Assembly: GCA_034439575.1 (NCBI GenBank) | Contig: JAWXAQ010000016.1 | Coordinates: 256,001-320,000 of the forward strand | Source of the DNA: Leptospira sp. | GTDB lineage: Bacteria > Spirochaetota > Leptospiria > Leptospirales > Leptospiraceae | Length of the DNA stretch: 64,000 bases | Direction of reading: 5' to 3' | Part shown: piece by piece, positions 1-10,844 of the stretch | How positions within the stretch are numbered: position 1 is the stretch's first letter | Layout of the letters: every line of letters starts with the position of its first letter | Made by a program: the position numbers and the translations under genes | The notes under the pieces: model-generated | Database searches by the model: none | Seen by the model: the letters and a program-made list of their open reading frames with translations, nothing else | What the model was told of the DNA's origin: nothing

Positions 1-2
1 AC

Positions 3-731
3 CTAACAGGCACAAACATCTTCAATCCAAAAAGCACATCCTTTGAAATTAAAAAAGGTCCGATTTTTACAAATATACTTCTTGCCGATGAAATCAATAG
101 AGCTCCCGCAAAAGTACAATCCGCTTTACTGCAATGTATGGAAGAAAAACAGGTAACAATCGCAGAATCAACGTTTGATCTAAATCCTCCATTTTTTGTC
201 ATCGCAACGCAAAACCCCATCGACCAAGACGGGACATATCCATTGCCAGAAGCACAATTGGATAGATTTTTATTTAAAATCCATGTGAATTACCCTAGCG
301 AAGACGAAGAATATTCCGTTTTGCAAATGCATGGTAACCTAACAAATAAACTCCCTAAAACAAAAAAAATTCTCAAAGCTAAAGACTTATTCGAACTTTC
401 AGAAACGGCAGATCTTATATTTATCGATCCTAAATTACAACATTACATTGTAAAATTGATAAGAAATACAAGACCTGAATCTTTACTTGCAGAAGATATT
501 AAACCATTTATAAAACATGGTGCCAGTCCACGAGCAAGTCTTGCCTTACTCAAAGTTTCAAAAATCAATGCTCTATTAGAAGGGAGAGATTTTGTAATTC
601 CAGAAGATATTATCAAATATTTTTACCAAATAGTAAACCATCGCATTTTACTTTCTTTGGAAGCCATTACAGAAGATGTTTCTGTAGATTCGATTATAAA
701 AAGAGTATTGAATATTACAGAAGTTCCGTAG
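3..731 (+). CDS. moxR: MoxR-family AAA+ ATPase (5' end lies outside the window)
   Basis: The frame is open from base 3 and reads LTGTNIFNP...GPIFTNILLADEINRAPAKVQSALLQCM, then ATQNPIDQDGTYPLPEAQLDRF and GASPRAS, which are MoxR motifs. Confidence 0.93.
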   Translation, partial: LTGTNIFNPKSTSFEIKKGPIFTNILLADEINRAPAKVQSALLQCMEEKQVTIAESTFDLNPPFFVIATQNPIDQDGTYPLPEAQLDRFLFKIHVNYPSEDEEYSVLQMHGNLTNKLPKTKKILKAKDLFELSETADLIFIDPKLQHYIVKLIRNTRPESLLAEDIKPFIKHGASPRASLALLKVSKINALLEGRDFVIPEDIIKYFYQIVNHRILLSLEAITEDVSVDSIIKRVLNITEVP

Positions 732-739
732 TCTATCCA

Positions 740-1564
740 ATGTTAGATCCAGAATTAAAAAGACTTCTTGCGATCGTAAAATGGGAAACAAAACGTAAAT
801 TTCAGTCACTCGGCGCAGGCGCTTTAACTCCCAAAAATAGAGGGCGCGGTTTAGAATTTAAAGAAGTAAGACAGTATAATTATGGTGATGACACACGTTA
901 CATAGACTGGAATGTAACTTCTCGGACTGGAGATATTCATGTAAAGGAATACTACTCAGAACAAGATGTCCCAGTACTTATCAATCTAGATTGTTCTGCT
1001 TCCATGAAAGAACAAAAAATTAATACCGCATTACAACTATCATACTTTTTAACATTGTTTCACATCCGAATGGGCAATAGAGTTCGGATCACTTTATTCT
1101 CAGACGATCCTTATCATTCTGGCAAATTATTGACGAGTGAAAATGAAGCGTATGTGGAATTTAAAATGATTAATGATCGTGTCAAAATTAGAAAAAAAAA
1201 CCGCACAAACTATATAAAAACCTTAGAATTCAATTCAAAAATTTCACCAAAATTTAGCATTTGTTACTGGCTTTCCGATTTTTGCCAATTCAATGGTTTT
1301 CAAAATTCAAAATCATTATTAACTCGGTATGAAAATTATGGGCTCTGGATTGAAGAAAAATATTCTGAAATGAACCTTCCTTTTTGGTTTAAAATTTTCA
1401 AATTAAAAGACTCAGAGTTAAATTCATTTTTGACTCATGAAAATCGAATGCAAAAAGATAAAAGATATTTTTTAGAAAGTTTTAAATCAAATGCTATTGT
1501 CATACGACCAGAGATTAAACTTAGCAAACAAATCCTTTCCGTTTTTATGCAGGGAACAAAATGA
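740..1564 (+). CDS. DUF58 domain protein
   Basis: Motif GRGLEFKEVRQYNYGDDTRYIDWNVTSR and a DCSASM MIDAS-like motif; it follows moxR as usual. Confidence 0.9.
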   Translation: MLDPELKRLLAIVKWETKRKFQSLGAGALTPKNRGRGLEFKEVRQYNYGDDTRYIDWNVTSRTGDIHVKEYYSEQDVPVLINLDCSASMKEQKINTALQLSYFLTLFHIRMGNRVRITLFSDDPYHSGKLLTSENEAYVEFKMINDRVKIRKKNRTNYIKTLEFNSKISPKFSICYWLSDFCQFNGFQNSKSLLTRYENYGLWIEEKYSEMNLPFWFKIFKLKDSELNSFLTHENRMQKDKRYFLESFKSNAIVIRPEIKLSKQILSVFMQGTK

Positions 1565-2409
1565 AATTCCTTATTTATTTATTTGTGTTCTTTTTATTTT
1601 TAAGCAATTTATACGGGAAACCGAACGAATCCTTTACACCTAACAATCCATTTGTTGGCGATCTAATCGAATACAATATCGAATTCCAAGAAAAATTACC
1701 AGACACAATCACATATCCGGAAGGTGAATTTATAGAAGAGGGGGAAGAACTAGCACGTTTCAAAGTTTTAGAAGTAATTAAAGAAAACAATTCACTCAAA
1801 TTAAAAATTCGTTTTTACGCATCTGGTGAATTTATTTTGCCTATCGAATGGGAAGAAGGACAGAGTTTAAATCATAGTGAATTAAAAATCAAAATCAGTT
1901 CAGTTTTGACAGGAAACGAAGAAGATATCGAACCTATCGAAAATCCAATTTTATTTTCTGGAAAGTATTGGCATAGGTTACTTCTAGCAATCTTGATATT
2001 CGTATCCCTTTGTTATTTGATATATTCTCTTTTTTTAATATGGAAACGACAAAATAAAATTGTAAATGCGAATTGGGAAAAAATTCCAGAGCCTGAAATA
2101 AGAACCAAAAAACTATACCAAATTGAAGAATTTTTAAAACAGGAACAAATTAATTTAAAAGAATTCACATATCTTTTTTCAAGTTACATCAAAGAAGAAT
2201 ATTCACATAGACTAAATCAAAATTTATCCAATTTGACTGACTCGGCATTTCTAGCCCATTTATACGACCATAGTGGACTTGAAGAATCTATTTTAAGGGA
2301 GCTGCGAATTGTTTTCAGAAAAATAAAATACACAAATCATTCTGAATTTGTTTCTAAAAGTAGTGCGAAAGAATTATTTGAAAGTTGGAAACAAAATCTC
2401 AAATTATAA
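1561..2409 (+). CDS. Bat-operon membrane protein (signal peptide plus one TM helix)
   Basis: N-terminal hydrophobic signal, a central TM segment, ATGA overlap with DUF58, and position upstream of batA. Confidence 0.75.
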   Translation: MKFLIYLFVFFLFLSNLYGKPNESFTPNNPFVGDLIEYNIEFQEKLPDTITYPEGEFIEEGEELARFKVLEVIKENNSLKLKIRFYASGEFILPIEWEEGQSLNHSELKIKISSVLTGNEEDIEPIENPILFSGKYWHRLLLAILIFVSLCYLIYSLFLIWKRQNKIVNANWEKIPEPEIRTKKLYQIEEFLKQEQINLKEFTYLFSSYIKEEYSHRLNQNLSNLTDSAFLAHLYDHSGLEESILRELRIVFRKIKYTNHSEFVSKSSAKELFESWKQNLKL

Positions 2410-2411
2410 TT

Positions 2412-3359
2412 ATGGAATATTTTGAAAGACCATATCTTCTTTTACTTTTTTTTCCGTTAGCTTTATTGATAATTTTAGCGATCCGTAAAAAAAAATATTT
2501 TATTTCTTTAGAAGGCGTTTGGGATCGAAATGAATTATCTACACATACTAATTTATTCTATAAACCTTTTAGCTATATTTCAGCATCGATCTCTTACATT
2601 GCACTTGGATTTTTAATTTATTCTGCAGCGGGCCCAGGACTTAAGTATTCCTTTTTACCTGATGAAACATTGGGTGTTGATATTGTCATTGCTCTAGATA
2701 TTTCTGGATCAATGGTTAATAGTTATGATTTTCTTCCTAATAACAGATTGACAGTTTCAAAAAATCTACTTAAAAATTTTATAATGCGTAGAACGCAAGA
2801 TAGGCTAGGGTTAGTGGTTTTTGCTGGCGCGGCCTATTTGCAATCTCCACTAACGAGCGATAGAGATGCACTTACTCAACTAATTGATGAAGCGGATGAT
2901 ACAAGTATCGACGAACAAGGGACTGCTATCGGCGATGCCCTTATGTTATCCACCTATCGATTGAAAAATTCACAGGCTAAATCAAAAGTTATCGTTCTTT
3001 TGACGGACGGAGTCTCAAATACAGGAAAACTAGATCCTCTTTCTGCCTCTTTTGCATCCAAAGCTTATAAAATTAAAGTCTATTCTATAGGCATTGGAAA
3101 AGAAGCAGGGCAGTACGAAGTGAATTTTGATGCATTAAACTCCATTTCGAAAGAAACCGGCGGTCAATTTTATCGTGCAGAATCAGCAGAAGATTTAGCA
3201 GATGTATTAAATGAGATAGATAGTTTGGAAAAAGATCCATTGCCCAAAAAACCCACCCAATTATCACAAACCTTATTTCCAGACTATGTACTTATATTTA
3301 TATTATTGATGTTACTTGACACCTTACTTAAAATTTTCCCTTTTAAAGAGGCTTTGTAG
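2412..3359 (+). CDS. batA: BatA, vWA domain protein
   Basis: N-terminal TM helices, MIDAS DISGSM, GLVVFAGAAYLQSPLT, GTAIGDAL and LLTDG. The start was moved to the ATG at 2412 (MEYFERP). Confidence 0.9.
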   Translation: MEYFERPYLLLLFFPLALLIILAIRKKKYFISLEGVWDRNELSTHTNLFYKPFSYISASISYIALGFLIYSAAGPGLKYSFLPDETLGVDIVIALDISGSMVNSYDFLPNNRLTVSKNLLKNFIMRRTQDRLGLVVFAGAAYLQSPLTSDRDALTQLIDEADDTSIDEQGTAIGDALMLSTYRLKNSQAKSKVIVLLTDGVSNTGKLDPLSASFASKAYKIKVYSIGIGKEAGQYEVNFDALNSISKETGGQFYRAESAEDLADVLNEIDSLEKDPLPKKPTQLSQTLFPDYVLIFILLMLLDTLLKIFPFKEAL

Positions 3360-3362
3360 AAT

Positions 3363-5033
3363 ATGGAATGGTCGTCGATGCTAATTCCAATAGGCCTAAC
3401 AACAATTATACTCATTTTATTTGTGATTATTATAAAAATATTCTTTTTATATAAGGTTAATCAATATCTATCAGATAAAAAATATTTAGAAATCAGATTT
3501 CTATTACCAAATATCTTTCGTTTGACGTTTGGAAATTTACTCATCGTCACATCCGTTACATTCTCATTACTAGCACTATATCAAACTAAGGCAAATGAAG
3601 CCGAACTTTCACAACAAAAAAAATCAGTGGATATACTTTTTTTAATCGATGTTAGTCTTTCAATGAATGCCGTTGATATCTATCCATCTCGATTAAAAAG
3701 AGCGCAAGATTTATTGCAAAGGATTGCCCCTGATCTTTCAGGCAATCGAGTCGGGATCATCGCCTTCGCAGGAAATGCATTTTCTTTTTGCCCTATGACT
3801 TCTGATATGACAGCTTTCTCTGATTATGTAAATGCACTAGGTGTGGATATGATAGGAAAGAAAGGGACAGATCTTTCAAAGGCATTATCGAAAGCTGAAA
3901 CTCTTTTATCTTCCACTAAACTTTTAAAAAATAGAATCATTGTTATAATTTCAGATGGGGAAGAACATGAGTCTTCTTTACCAAAAAAACTTGATGCGGA
4001 AACTATAGTATGGGGGATAGGAACTGAAGAAGGTGGCAAGATCTATTTTGGCGAAGAAAATGCGGCTAATTCTGGTTATGTTACTAACGCAGGGGGACTA
4101 AGCCAAGACAGTGAAAGCCCAGATATTATCATTACAAAACTGAATGAAAACTTTCTAAAAGAATTATCTGGAATTGGAAATGGCAAATATTATAATGTTA
4201 GCCAAGAATCTTTTGGAGTCTACAAATTGCTTGATCAAATAGATCAAATGCAAAAAAACCAAACATTGTTATTGCAAAAAATAAAAAAAGAAGACGGGGC
4301 AGAAATTTATCTGATCATCGCGGTTGCATGTTTCCTTTTAGAAAGATTGATGCGATTTTTCTATTTTCCAAAAAACAAGATAATCAATGTTTCTTTAATT
4401 TTATTTTTAGTATTAGCTTATACTCCAATTTCAGCGTGGGAATTAGACCCAGGCGGAAACTTAATTGAGGAGGGAAATAAACTTTATGAAGAAAAAAAAT
4501 TCAATGAAGCAAATTCAAAATATAAAGAAGCAGACGAATATTTTTCAGATGATATCAGGTTACAATTTAACAAAGGAGATACGGACTACCAATTAGGCAA
4601 ATTTGAAGAAGCGATAAAAAAAAATCAATCGATCATTGACAATCCAAATGTTTCAAAAGATTTGAAGGCAAAGTCATATTATAACCTAGGAAATGCTTAT
4701 TTTAAACAAAAAGATATGAAAGCAGCTCAGAAGAATTATGAAGAAGCATTAAAACTTAATCCTGAACATCTACCTTCCAAAAAAAATCTAGAATTACTCT
4801 TTCGAAAAAATCCAAATCAAAATTCGACTTCAAATAACAAACAGAGCAATCATCAAAAAAATCAAGAATCAAATTCAGATCATCAATCTAAAGAAAACAA
4901 AAATGCAAAACAAAACAAAGATCAAAGCGAAAGAGAAAGTGCAGATAGAATGATGGATCACTTTTCACCTGATTCCATATTGAAACCAAAAAATAGATCG
5001 GGAGGAAATGGAGAAAATGAGAAGTTTTGGTAA
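3363..5033 (+). CDS. batB: BatB-like vWA domain fused to a BatC-like TPR domain
   Basis: DVSLSM MIDAS and ISDGE in the N-terminal half. The C-terminal half has TPR motifs (YYNLGNAYFKQ, YEEALKLNP) and an N/Q-rich tail. Confidence 0.85.
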   Translation: MEWSSMLIPIGLTTIILILFVIIIKIFFLYKVNQYLSDKKYLEIRFLLPNIFRLTFGNLLIVTSVTFSLLALYQTKANEAELSQQKKSVDILFLIDVSLSMNAVDIYPSRLKRAQDLLQRIAPDLSGNRVGIIAFAGNAFSFCPMTSDMTAFSDYVNALGVDMIGKKGTDLSKALSKAETLLSSTKLLKNRIIVIISDGEEHESSLPKKLDAETIVWGIGTEEGGKIYFGEENAANSGYVTNAGGLSQDSESPDIIITKLNENFLKELSGIGNGKYYNVSQESFGVYKLLDQIDQMQKNQTLLLQKIKKEDGAEIYLIIAVACFLLERLMRFFYFPKNKIINVSLILFLVLAYTPISAWELDPGGNLIEEGNKLYEEKKFNEANSKYKEADEYFSDDIRLQFNKGDTDYQLGKFEEAIKKNQSIIDNPNVSKDLKAKSYYNLGNAYFKQKDMKAAQKNYEEALKLNPEHLPSKKNLELLFRKNPNQNSTSNNKQSNHQKNQESNSDHQSKENKNAKQNKDQSERESADRMMDHFSPDSILKPKNRSGGNGENEKFW

Positions 5034-6642
5034 ATTTTTCTTTTTACTATTACTTCACATAATATCGGTAAGTCTCAACGCTTCAGATCTTAGTTTCGAA
5101 TTGGATAGAAACCGAATCGAGGCAGGCGATGTAATTATTTTAAATGTGATCCATACTGGCGATAAAAAGCTTAACCCAACAGACAGACGTTATATTTCTA
5201 AGAATGTGCAAGTATACTTCTTGGGCAATTCATTCGAAACAAAAATTATAAATTTTAAAGTTACTCGTAGTTCTATTTTGAAATACCAAATATCAAGTGA
5301 TATAATTGGTAAACATGAAATTCCGAACATTAAAGTTAATCTAGATGATGAAATCAAATCATCTCCGAATTTAGTATTTGAAGTAATACCAAAACAAAAA
5401 ATAACCACACCAAAAATGGGGAACAAAAGCATATTTGATGAATTTTTTGGCGATCTAAACCCTTCGAATGAAACAGGGATACCACCAGAAGTCGCATTCC
5501 ATACAAATACTAACATTTGCTATATTGGTGAGCCAATCATTGGATACTATGTGCTTTATTATAATGATTTACGCCAACCCTATTTGGAACGTGATCCAAA
5601 TCAGTCCATATCATTTCCTTTTTTTATCTCCGAAACAATAGATAAAGTCACAGTTCAAATAAACCCAACTGTAAATCGTTCAGGTATTGAAAGAAATACA
5701 TTAGTATATTTAAAAGAAATTTATGGATTAACCCCTTTGAAAGCTGGGAATCTCTCTATAGGCGCAACTAACTTTGTGGTTGGTGATAGTTTAAAATTTG
5801 GTGCCTTACATGAGTCACTCTCAGTCAAAGAGCAGAAAGTGACGGTATTACCACTTCCATTGGGGAGTCCAAAATATTTTTCTGGAGCCATTGGCGAATA
5901 TGATTTATCTTTAATCGCGAAAGAGAAAGCCATCGGAGTAGGGGAGAGTTTTTATTTTTCTATTCGTGTTTTTGGGAAGGGGGCTGGCAATGGGATCAAA
6001 GACCCGCTGCAACTGGATGACTCACATAACAATGGAGAGATACATCTTATTAAAAAAGATAAATCTAAAAGTTTTAGAAAACTGGAGAGCGGTGAGTATG
6101 GTTTTTATTCCGAAAATATATTTCAGTATAGCTTCGAATCGAAAACTGAAGGGATAAAAAATCTCCCTCAAGCAGCATTACATTATTTCTCACCATCCAA
6201 ACATTCTTACGAGAGTAAGTTTTTAAAACTACCTACTATCACAGTAAAAAAATATACACCCAATCTCTCATCTAACAATGAAGAAGGTGTCCATTCTCAA
6301 CCTCATACTTCAACTATCGTTATCAGTATATCTATTGGATTTTCAATACTAATCATTTTTTTTGGATATTTACTTTATATAAAGAAAATTAAGATTACTG
6401 AGCAAATGATAGAATTAGGACAAAAAATTGGTTCCAAGCGCGGAGATATTCTAAAAGACTTTCTAATTAGACATGGGATTAGCGAATCGGATGCATCCAC
6501 TTTGAAAGAATTGTCTTTAGTCTTTCAGAAAGAATCATGGTCTGCAATATACAAAAATTGCAGTAAATCCGACAGAAATATTCTTATTCATACATTTCAT
6601 AAACTTAAAGGAGAATCATATGACAACAGAAGAAAAAGGTAA
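5008..6642 (+). CDS. batD: BatD-family protein
   Basis: Signal peptide, VLPLP...FSGAIGEY motif, FSP motif before a C-terminal TM helix, and operon position. Confidence 0.8.
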   Translation: MEKMRSFGKFFFLLLLHIISVSLNASDLSFELDRNRIEAGDVIILNVIHTGDKKLNPTDRRYISKNVQVYFLGNSFETKIINFKVTRSSILKYQISSDIIGKHEIPNIKVNLDDEIKSSPNLVFEVIPKQKITTPKMGNKSIFDEFFGDLNPSNETGIPPEVAFHTNTNICYIGEPIIGYYVLYYNDLRQPYLERDPNQSISFPFFISETIDKVTVQINPTVNRSGIERNTLVYLKEIYGLTPLKAGNLSIGATNFVVGDSLKFGALHESLSVKEQKVTVLPLPLGSPKYFSGAIGEYDLSLIAKEKAIGVGESFYFSIRVFGKGAGNGIKDPLQLDDSHNNGEIHLIKKDKSKSFRKLESGEYGFYSENIFQYSFESKTEGIKNLPQAALHYFSPSKHSYESKFLKLPTITVKKYTPNLSSNNEEGVHSQPHTSTIVISISIGFSILIIFFGYLLYIKKIKITEQMIELGQKIGSKRGDILKDFLIRHGISESDASTLKELSLVFQKESWSAIYKNCSKSDRNILIHTFHKLKGESYDNRRKR

Positions 6643-8455
6643 AATAAGTGTAGAAACGGAAAATATTTTTCCAATCATCAAAAAATGGCTCTATTCAGAA
6701 AAAGACATCTTCATTAGAGAACTAGTTTCTAATGCTTGTGATGCGATCAGTAAATTAAAAAAAGTTTCTCTTTCAGAAGAATTCGAAGGTGGAACTGATT
6801 ACAAAATTGAGCTCTCATTTGATAAAGACAACCGAATACTCGTTATAGAAGATAACGGGATCGGTATGACATCAGATGAAGTAAAAAAATACATTAATCA
6901 AATTGCATTTTCTGGAGCCACTGACTTCGCAAAACATTACCAAAACAATGAAAATAAAACAGAGATTATAGGTCACTTTGGTCTTGGTTTTTAATCTTGT
7001 TTTATGGTATCAAAAAAAGTTACTATAGAGACGAAGTCATATAAAAAAGGTGAACGCGGTGTACTATGGGAAAGCGAATCGGGTACTGACTTTTCCATTT
7101 CATCCATAGAAAAAGAATTAAGAGGAACAAAAATTTCACTCCACCTTGATTCGGAATCAGGAGAATATCTTGATAAATGGAAATTAAAAGATCTAATCAA
7201 AAAGTATTGTGACTTTCTTCCCGTTGGAATCTATGTAGATGGGGAAAAAGCAAATAGGGAAAAACCTTTATGGTCAGAAGAACCTTCAAAGGTCAAACAA
7301 GAAGATTATAGAGATTTTTATAATTATCTTTTTCCATTCTCTGGTGAATCACTTTTTCACATTCATCTAAATGTAGATTTTCCATTTCGTTTGCAAGGTA
7401 TATTATACTTTCCTAAACTAACTCACGAATTGGATGCCGCAAAGAATGGTATAAAATTATTTTGTAACCATGTATTTGTAAGCGACAATGCCAATGAGCT
7501 CATTCCTCAATTTCTAACAATACTCAAAGGTACAATTGATATCCCAGATCTTCCACTGAATGTCTCAAGATCTTATCTACAAAATGACCCGCTCGTTAAA
7601 AAGATATCTGGTCACATAATTAAAAAAGTAGCCGATCGACTTGTTGATGATTTCAAAAAAAACAGGGAAGAGTTTCAGAAAAATTGGACGGATATTTCAA
7701 TATTCGTAAAATATGGTGTACTAACAGACGAAAAATTTTTTGAAGCAGTTAAAGATGTATTAATCTTTAAAAACTCGGAAGCTGGTTTCTATACTCTGAA
7801 TGAGTATTGGGAAAAGAATAAAGAAAAAAATCAAAACAAGATATATTACGCCAATGAAACAGAAATGAGTTCTGTTTATATGGAACTACTTAAATCACAA
7901 GGATTGGAAGCCTTGTTAGTTGACGCGAAAATCGATTCTCATTTAATCCAACATCTTGAAATGAAAAATCCAGATATGAAATTTCAGAGAGTAGATGCAG
8001 AAGTTGCAGATCAAATTGTCGACAAAGAAGCGAGCCCAGGTGTCGTCGATGCGAATAATCAGACGGAAACTGATAGGATTCTTGCATTTTTTAAAACGAC
8101 AGTGCATAGAGAAGGAATAGAAATCAAAGCCGAAGCATTGAAATCTTCTGTCGTTCCCGCGGTAATCTTACTTCCGGAATTTATGAGAAGAATGAGTGAA
8201 ATGAATTCAATGATGAATAAGGACGATTCTATGAATCTTTTAAAGAATCATACCCTACTTATCAATTCAAGTTCGCCACTTGTAAAGTCCGCCTTACGGG
8301 AGTTTGAGGGAGTAAGCCCCGACAAAGGAAAAAAAATCGCTCAATTGATTTACGACCTAGCCTTAATTTCTGCAAAAGCGATGAATGAGCATGAAATCGC
8401 AGAGTACACAAAACGTACAACAGCATTTCTAGAGGAAATTCTAGCTAAAAATTAA
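6620..8455 (+). pseudogene. htpG: Hsp90 chaperone HtpG interrupted by an in-frame TAA at 6992-6994 (nonsense mutation or sequence error)
   Basis: Motifs [25 protein letters not shown] and [13 protein letters not shown]; both ORF pieces are in the same frame; [10 protein letters not shown] lies downstream. Confidence 0.9.
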
Positions 8456-8495
8456 AAAAGGACTTTCCATTTTTCTTTGGCAATGTTGACTCCTA

Positions 8496-10844
8496 TTGTA
8501 CATTGCCAAAGAGAACAACGTGATCAATATATGTATTACCAGTCGTCTTTCATGTTTACCTATTGTTATTGCACACAAAAAAGGTTTTTTTGAAGAATTT
8601 GACACAGATGTAACTCTTCATTCCATCACACACCATAAAGCCATCTTAGCTCTTCTTGAAGCAGGGAGAATTGAAGCTGGAGAAATCCCCTCCATAGCCT
8701 ACCTCCAAGAAAGTTTTTTGAAAAAATCAAAAAACAAACGTATCTATAAAGGATTGATGTTGTATCGATCCCCGCTTTCATATTATTCTAGATTTAGGTT
8801 TCAACCAGAGGATCTATCAAAGAAAAAAGGATATTTTATCCCTGTTCCTCATTTCAACTCTGTAGAAAGATTACTTGCAGAAAAATTTTTGGAAGATTAC
8901 GCTCCTACTAATCCGATTAAGGTGCGTTATATGGATACGCCAAGTTTTTTAGAAGAAAAAGAATTTCTAAAACCTTCATGCCTTGGACTTGCCTCAGATC
9001 CTTTACTAAGCCCATTCTTAAAAAATTATCATGATTTTCGAGATGATAGCTTAATGCCATTATTAAATTCTGATAATTTTATTCCCGCCACCTTACTTGG
9101 GTTTAGTGGTGATTGTATTTTAAATATGGGCCGGGAAGTTTCAGGAGTATTGCTTGCAGTCAAAAAAGCTATAGATTTTATAAATGAAAGTAGCCTCAAT
9201 TCAAATTCCAAAGGTTGGGATGATTTAAATTTAAGCCAATATTTCCCTTTCCTTAGAACTTCAGATTTGAAAAATTTAATTTTTTCAAATCCTCTCGTCC
9301 AAAAGGGAGTCTACTCATATGATATTAATCCAGATACATTAACTCCCCTTTTAAAAGATTCTTACTTTAGACTCATACGTAGAGTAATGACTCCAGAAGC
9401 GATTCGTCCGCTTTTGGATTTTACAGAAATATTAGAATCTTTAACTCCCAAAAAACTCTTCGATGTTCGCAAGCTAACTAGCTTTCAACGAGGAGGGGCC
9501 GCAGACCAACATGCACCTTCCTTAATCAATTATCGAAAATTGAATGCGGTGAGACATCTCATAGTCGATATAAATTCTGTAGCCTTAGATATGTTGCAAG
9601 GCAATTATCAATCCAGACTCAATACAGATGACACACTATTGTTAGATAACAGAGTCAAGGTTCTCATCAATGCAATGTTAGATTCTTTCAATTCTACCTT
9701 TGCCTTACAAAAAGATGAAATCGCCGAATTAGAAAATTTAATCTCCATATTAGAAATCAAACTAGATAGGTCTGCGGTAGATTTACAATATTCAGAAGAG
9801 AAGTATCGATACCTATTTGAATTCTCCAGAGAAGCCATTGCTCTCGTAGATGCAGATACGGGAAATATTTTAGAAGGGAACCACCAATTCCGGAATCTCA
9901 CAGGATACACACGAGGCGACCTTACAAAACTTACAATAGAAGATATAATCATTAGCGAACAAATTGCACCTCAATTGAATTTTGGGGTGGATCGTTCGCA
10001 TGATACAATGTTATCTCTCCCCGATATTGATATTTTATTAAAGGATGGTTCGACTCTTGGAGTAGATTTAAGTTTTGCATCTATATTACTTTCACCCAAA
10101 AAAAGATACCAAGTCCAATTTCGTCCCAATCTCGAGAGAAAAGAACAAGAGCGATTACAACATGAATTTATTTCAAACGTAAGCCATGAACTCCGTAGTC
10201 CCATGACTAACATCCGTGGTTATTTAGAATTTTTTAAATCAGATAGTACTTTGCCATATACCACCGAACATAAAAATATGCTCGAAGTCATTGATAAAAA
10301 TACCAAACGATTAAGTTTTTTGATCGAAAATTTACTGAAGCTTACCACCTCACGAGAGAAAGACGAAAAGGATGATGTTATAGAAATTTTTGATCCAGTA
10401 CCCATCATAGAAGATGTGATACATATGAATTCCCATCTCTCTAAAGGAAAAACTATAGAATGGGATATTTCTTTAAAGAAGGGTCTACTGATTCGTGGTA
10501 TTCGTTTCGAATTTTCACAAATTGTTACGAATCTTTATGTCAATGCTCTAAAATACACCTCGAAAGGAAAAATTTCTGTCATTTTGACTGAAAAGGGTAA
10601 CCAAGTAGAATTTGTAGTACAAGACACTGGCATAGGCATAGATCCAAATTTCAAAAATCAAATCTTTGATCGATTTTTTAGAATTCCATCATTAGACAAT
10701 CGCAAAATAGGTGGAACAGGCCTTGGTCTTTCCATAGTGAAATCGTTAGTCGATAAATTGAACGGAGAAATATTCGTTGAAAGTAAACCAGGGGAGGGGA
10801 GTACATTCAAAGTGATACTCCCAAAGGTAACTACTTCCGTTTAA
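8496..10844 (+). CDS. Sensor histidine kinase with an N-terminal ABC substrate-binding-like (NMT1/NrtA-like) domain and a PAS domain
   Basis: H-box SHELRSPMTNI, N box NALKYT, G boxes DTGIGI and GGTGLGLSI, and a PAS-like segment. The N-terminal LPIVIAHKKGFFEEF resembles NMT1/SsuA. The exact start is uncertain. Confidence 0.85.
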   Translation: MYIAKENNVINICITSRLSCLPIVIAHKKGFFEEFDTDVTLHSITHHKAILALLEAGRIEAGEIPSIAYLQESFLKKSKNKRIYKGLMLYRSPLSYYSRFRFQPEDLSKKKGYFIPVPHFNSVERLLAEKFLEDYAPTNPIKVRYMDTPSFLEEKEFLKPSCLGLASDPLLSPFLKNYHDFRDDSLMPLLNSDNFIPATLLGFSGDCILNMGREVSGVLLAVKKAIDFINESSLNSNSKGWDDLNLSQYFPFLRTSDLKNLIFSNPLVQKGVYSYDINPDTLTPLLKDSYFRLIRRVMTPEAIRPLLDFTEILESLTPKKLFDVRKLTSFQRGGAADQHAPSLINYRKLNAVRHLIVDINSVALDMLQGNYQSRLNTDDTLLLDNRVKVLINAMLDSFNSTFALQKDEIAELENLISILEIKLDRSAVDLQYSEEKYRYLFEFSREAIALVDADTGNILEGNHQFRNLTGYTRGDLTKLTIEDIIISEQIAPQLNFGVDRSHDTMLSLPDIDILLKDGSTLGVDLSFASILLSPKKRYQVQFRPNLERKEQERLQHEFISNVSHELRSPMTNIRGYLEFFKSDSTLPYTTEHKNMLEVIDKNTKRLSFLIENLLKLTTSREKDEKDDVIEIFDPVPIIEDVIHMNSHLSKGKTIEWDISLKKGLLIRGIRFEFSQIVTNLYVNALKYTSKGKISVILTEKGNQVEFVVQDTGIGIDPNFKNQIFDRFFRIPSLDNRKIGGTGLGLSIVKSLVDKLNGEIFVESKPGEGSTFKVILPKVTTSV

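Noticed and set aside
6992-6994. Stop-codon reassignment or selenocysteine/pyrrolysine recoding in htpG
   Set aside because: The codon is TAA, which terminates many other genes here, and the expected residue is Tyr.
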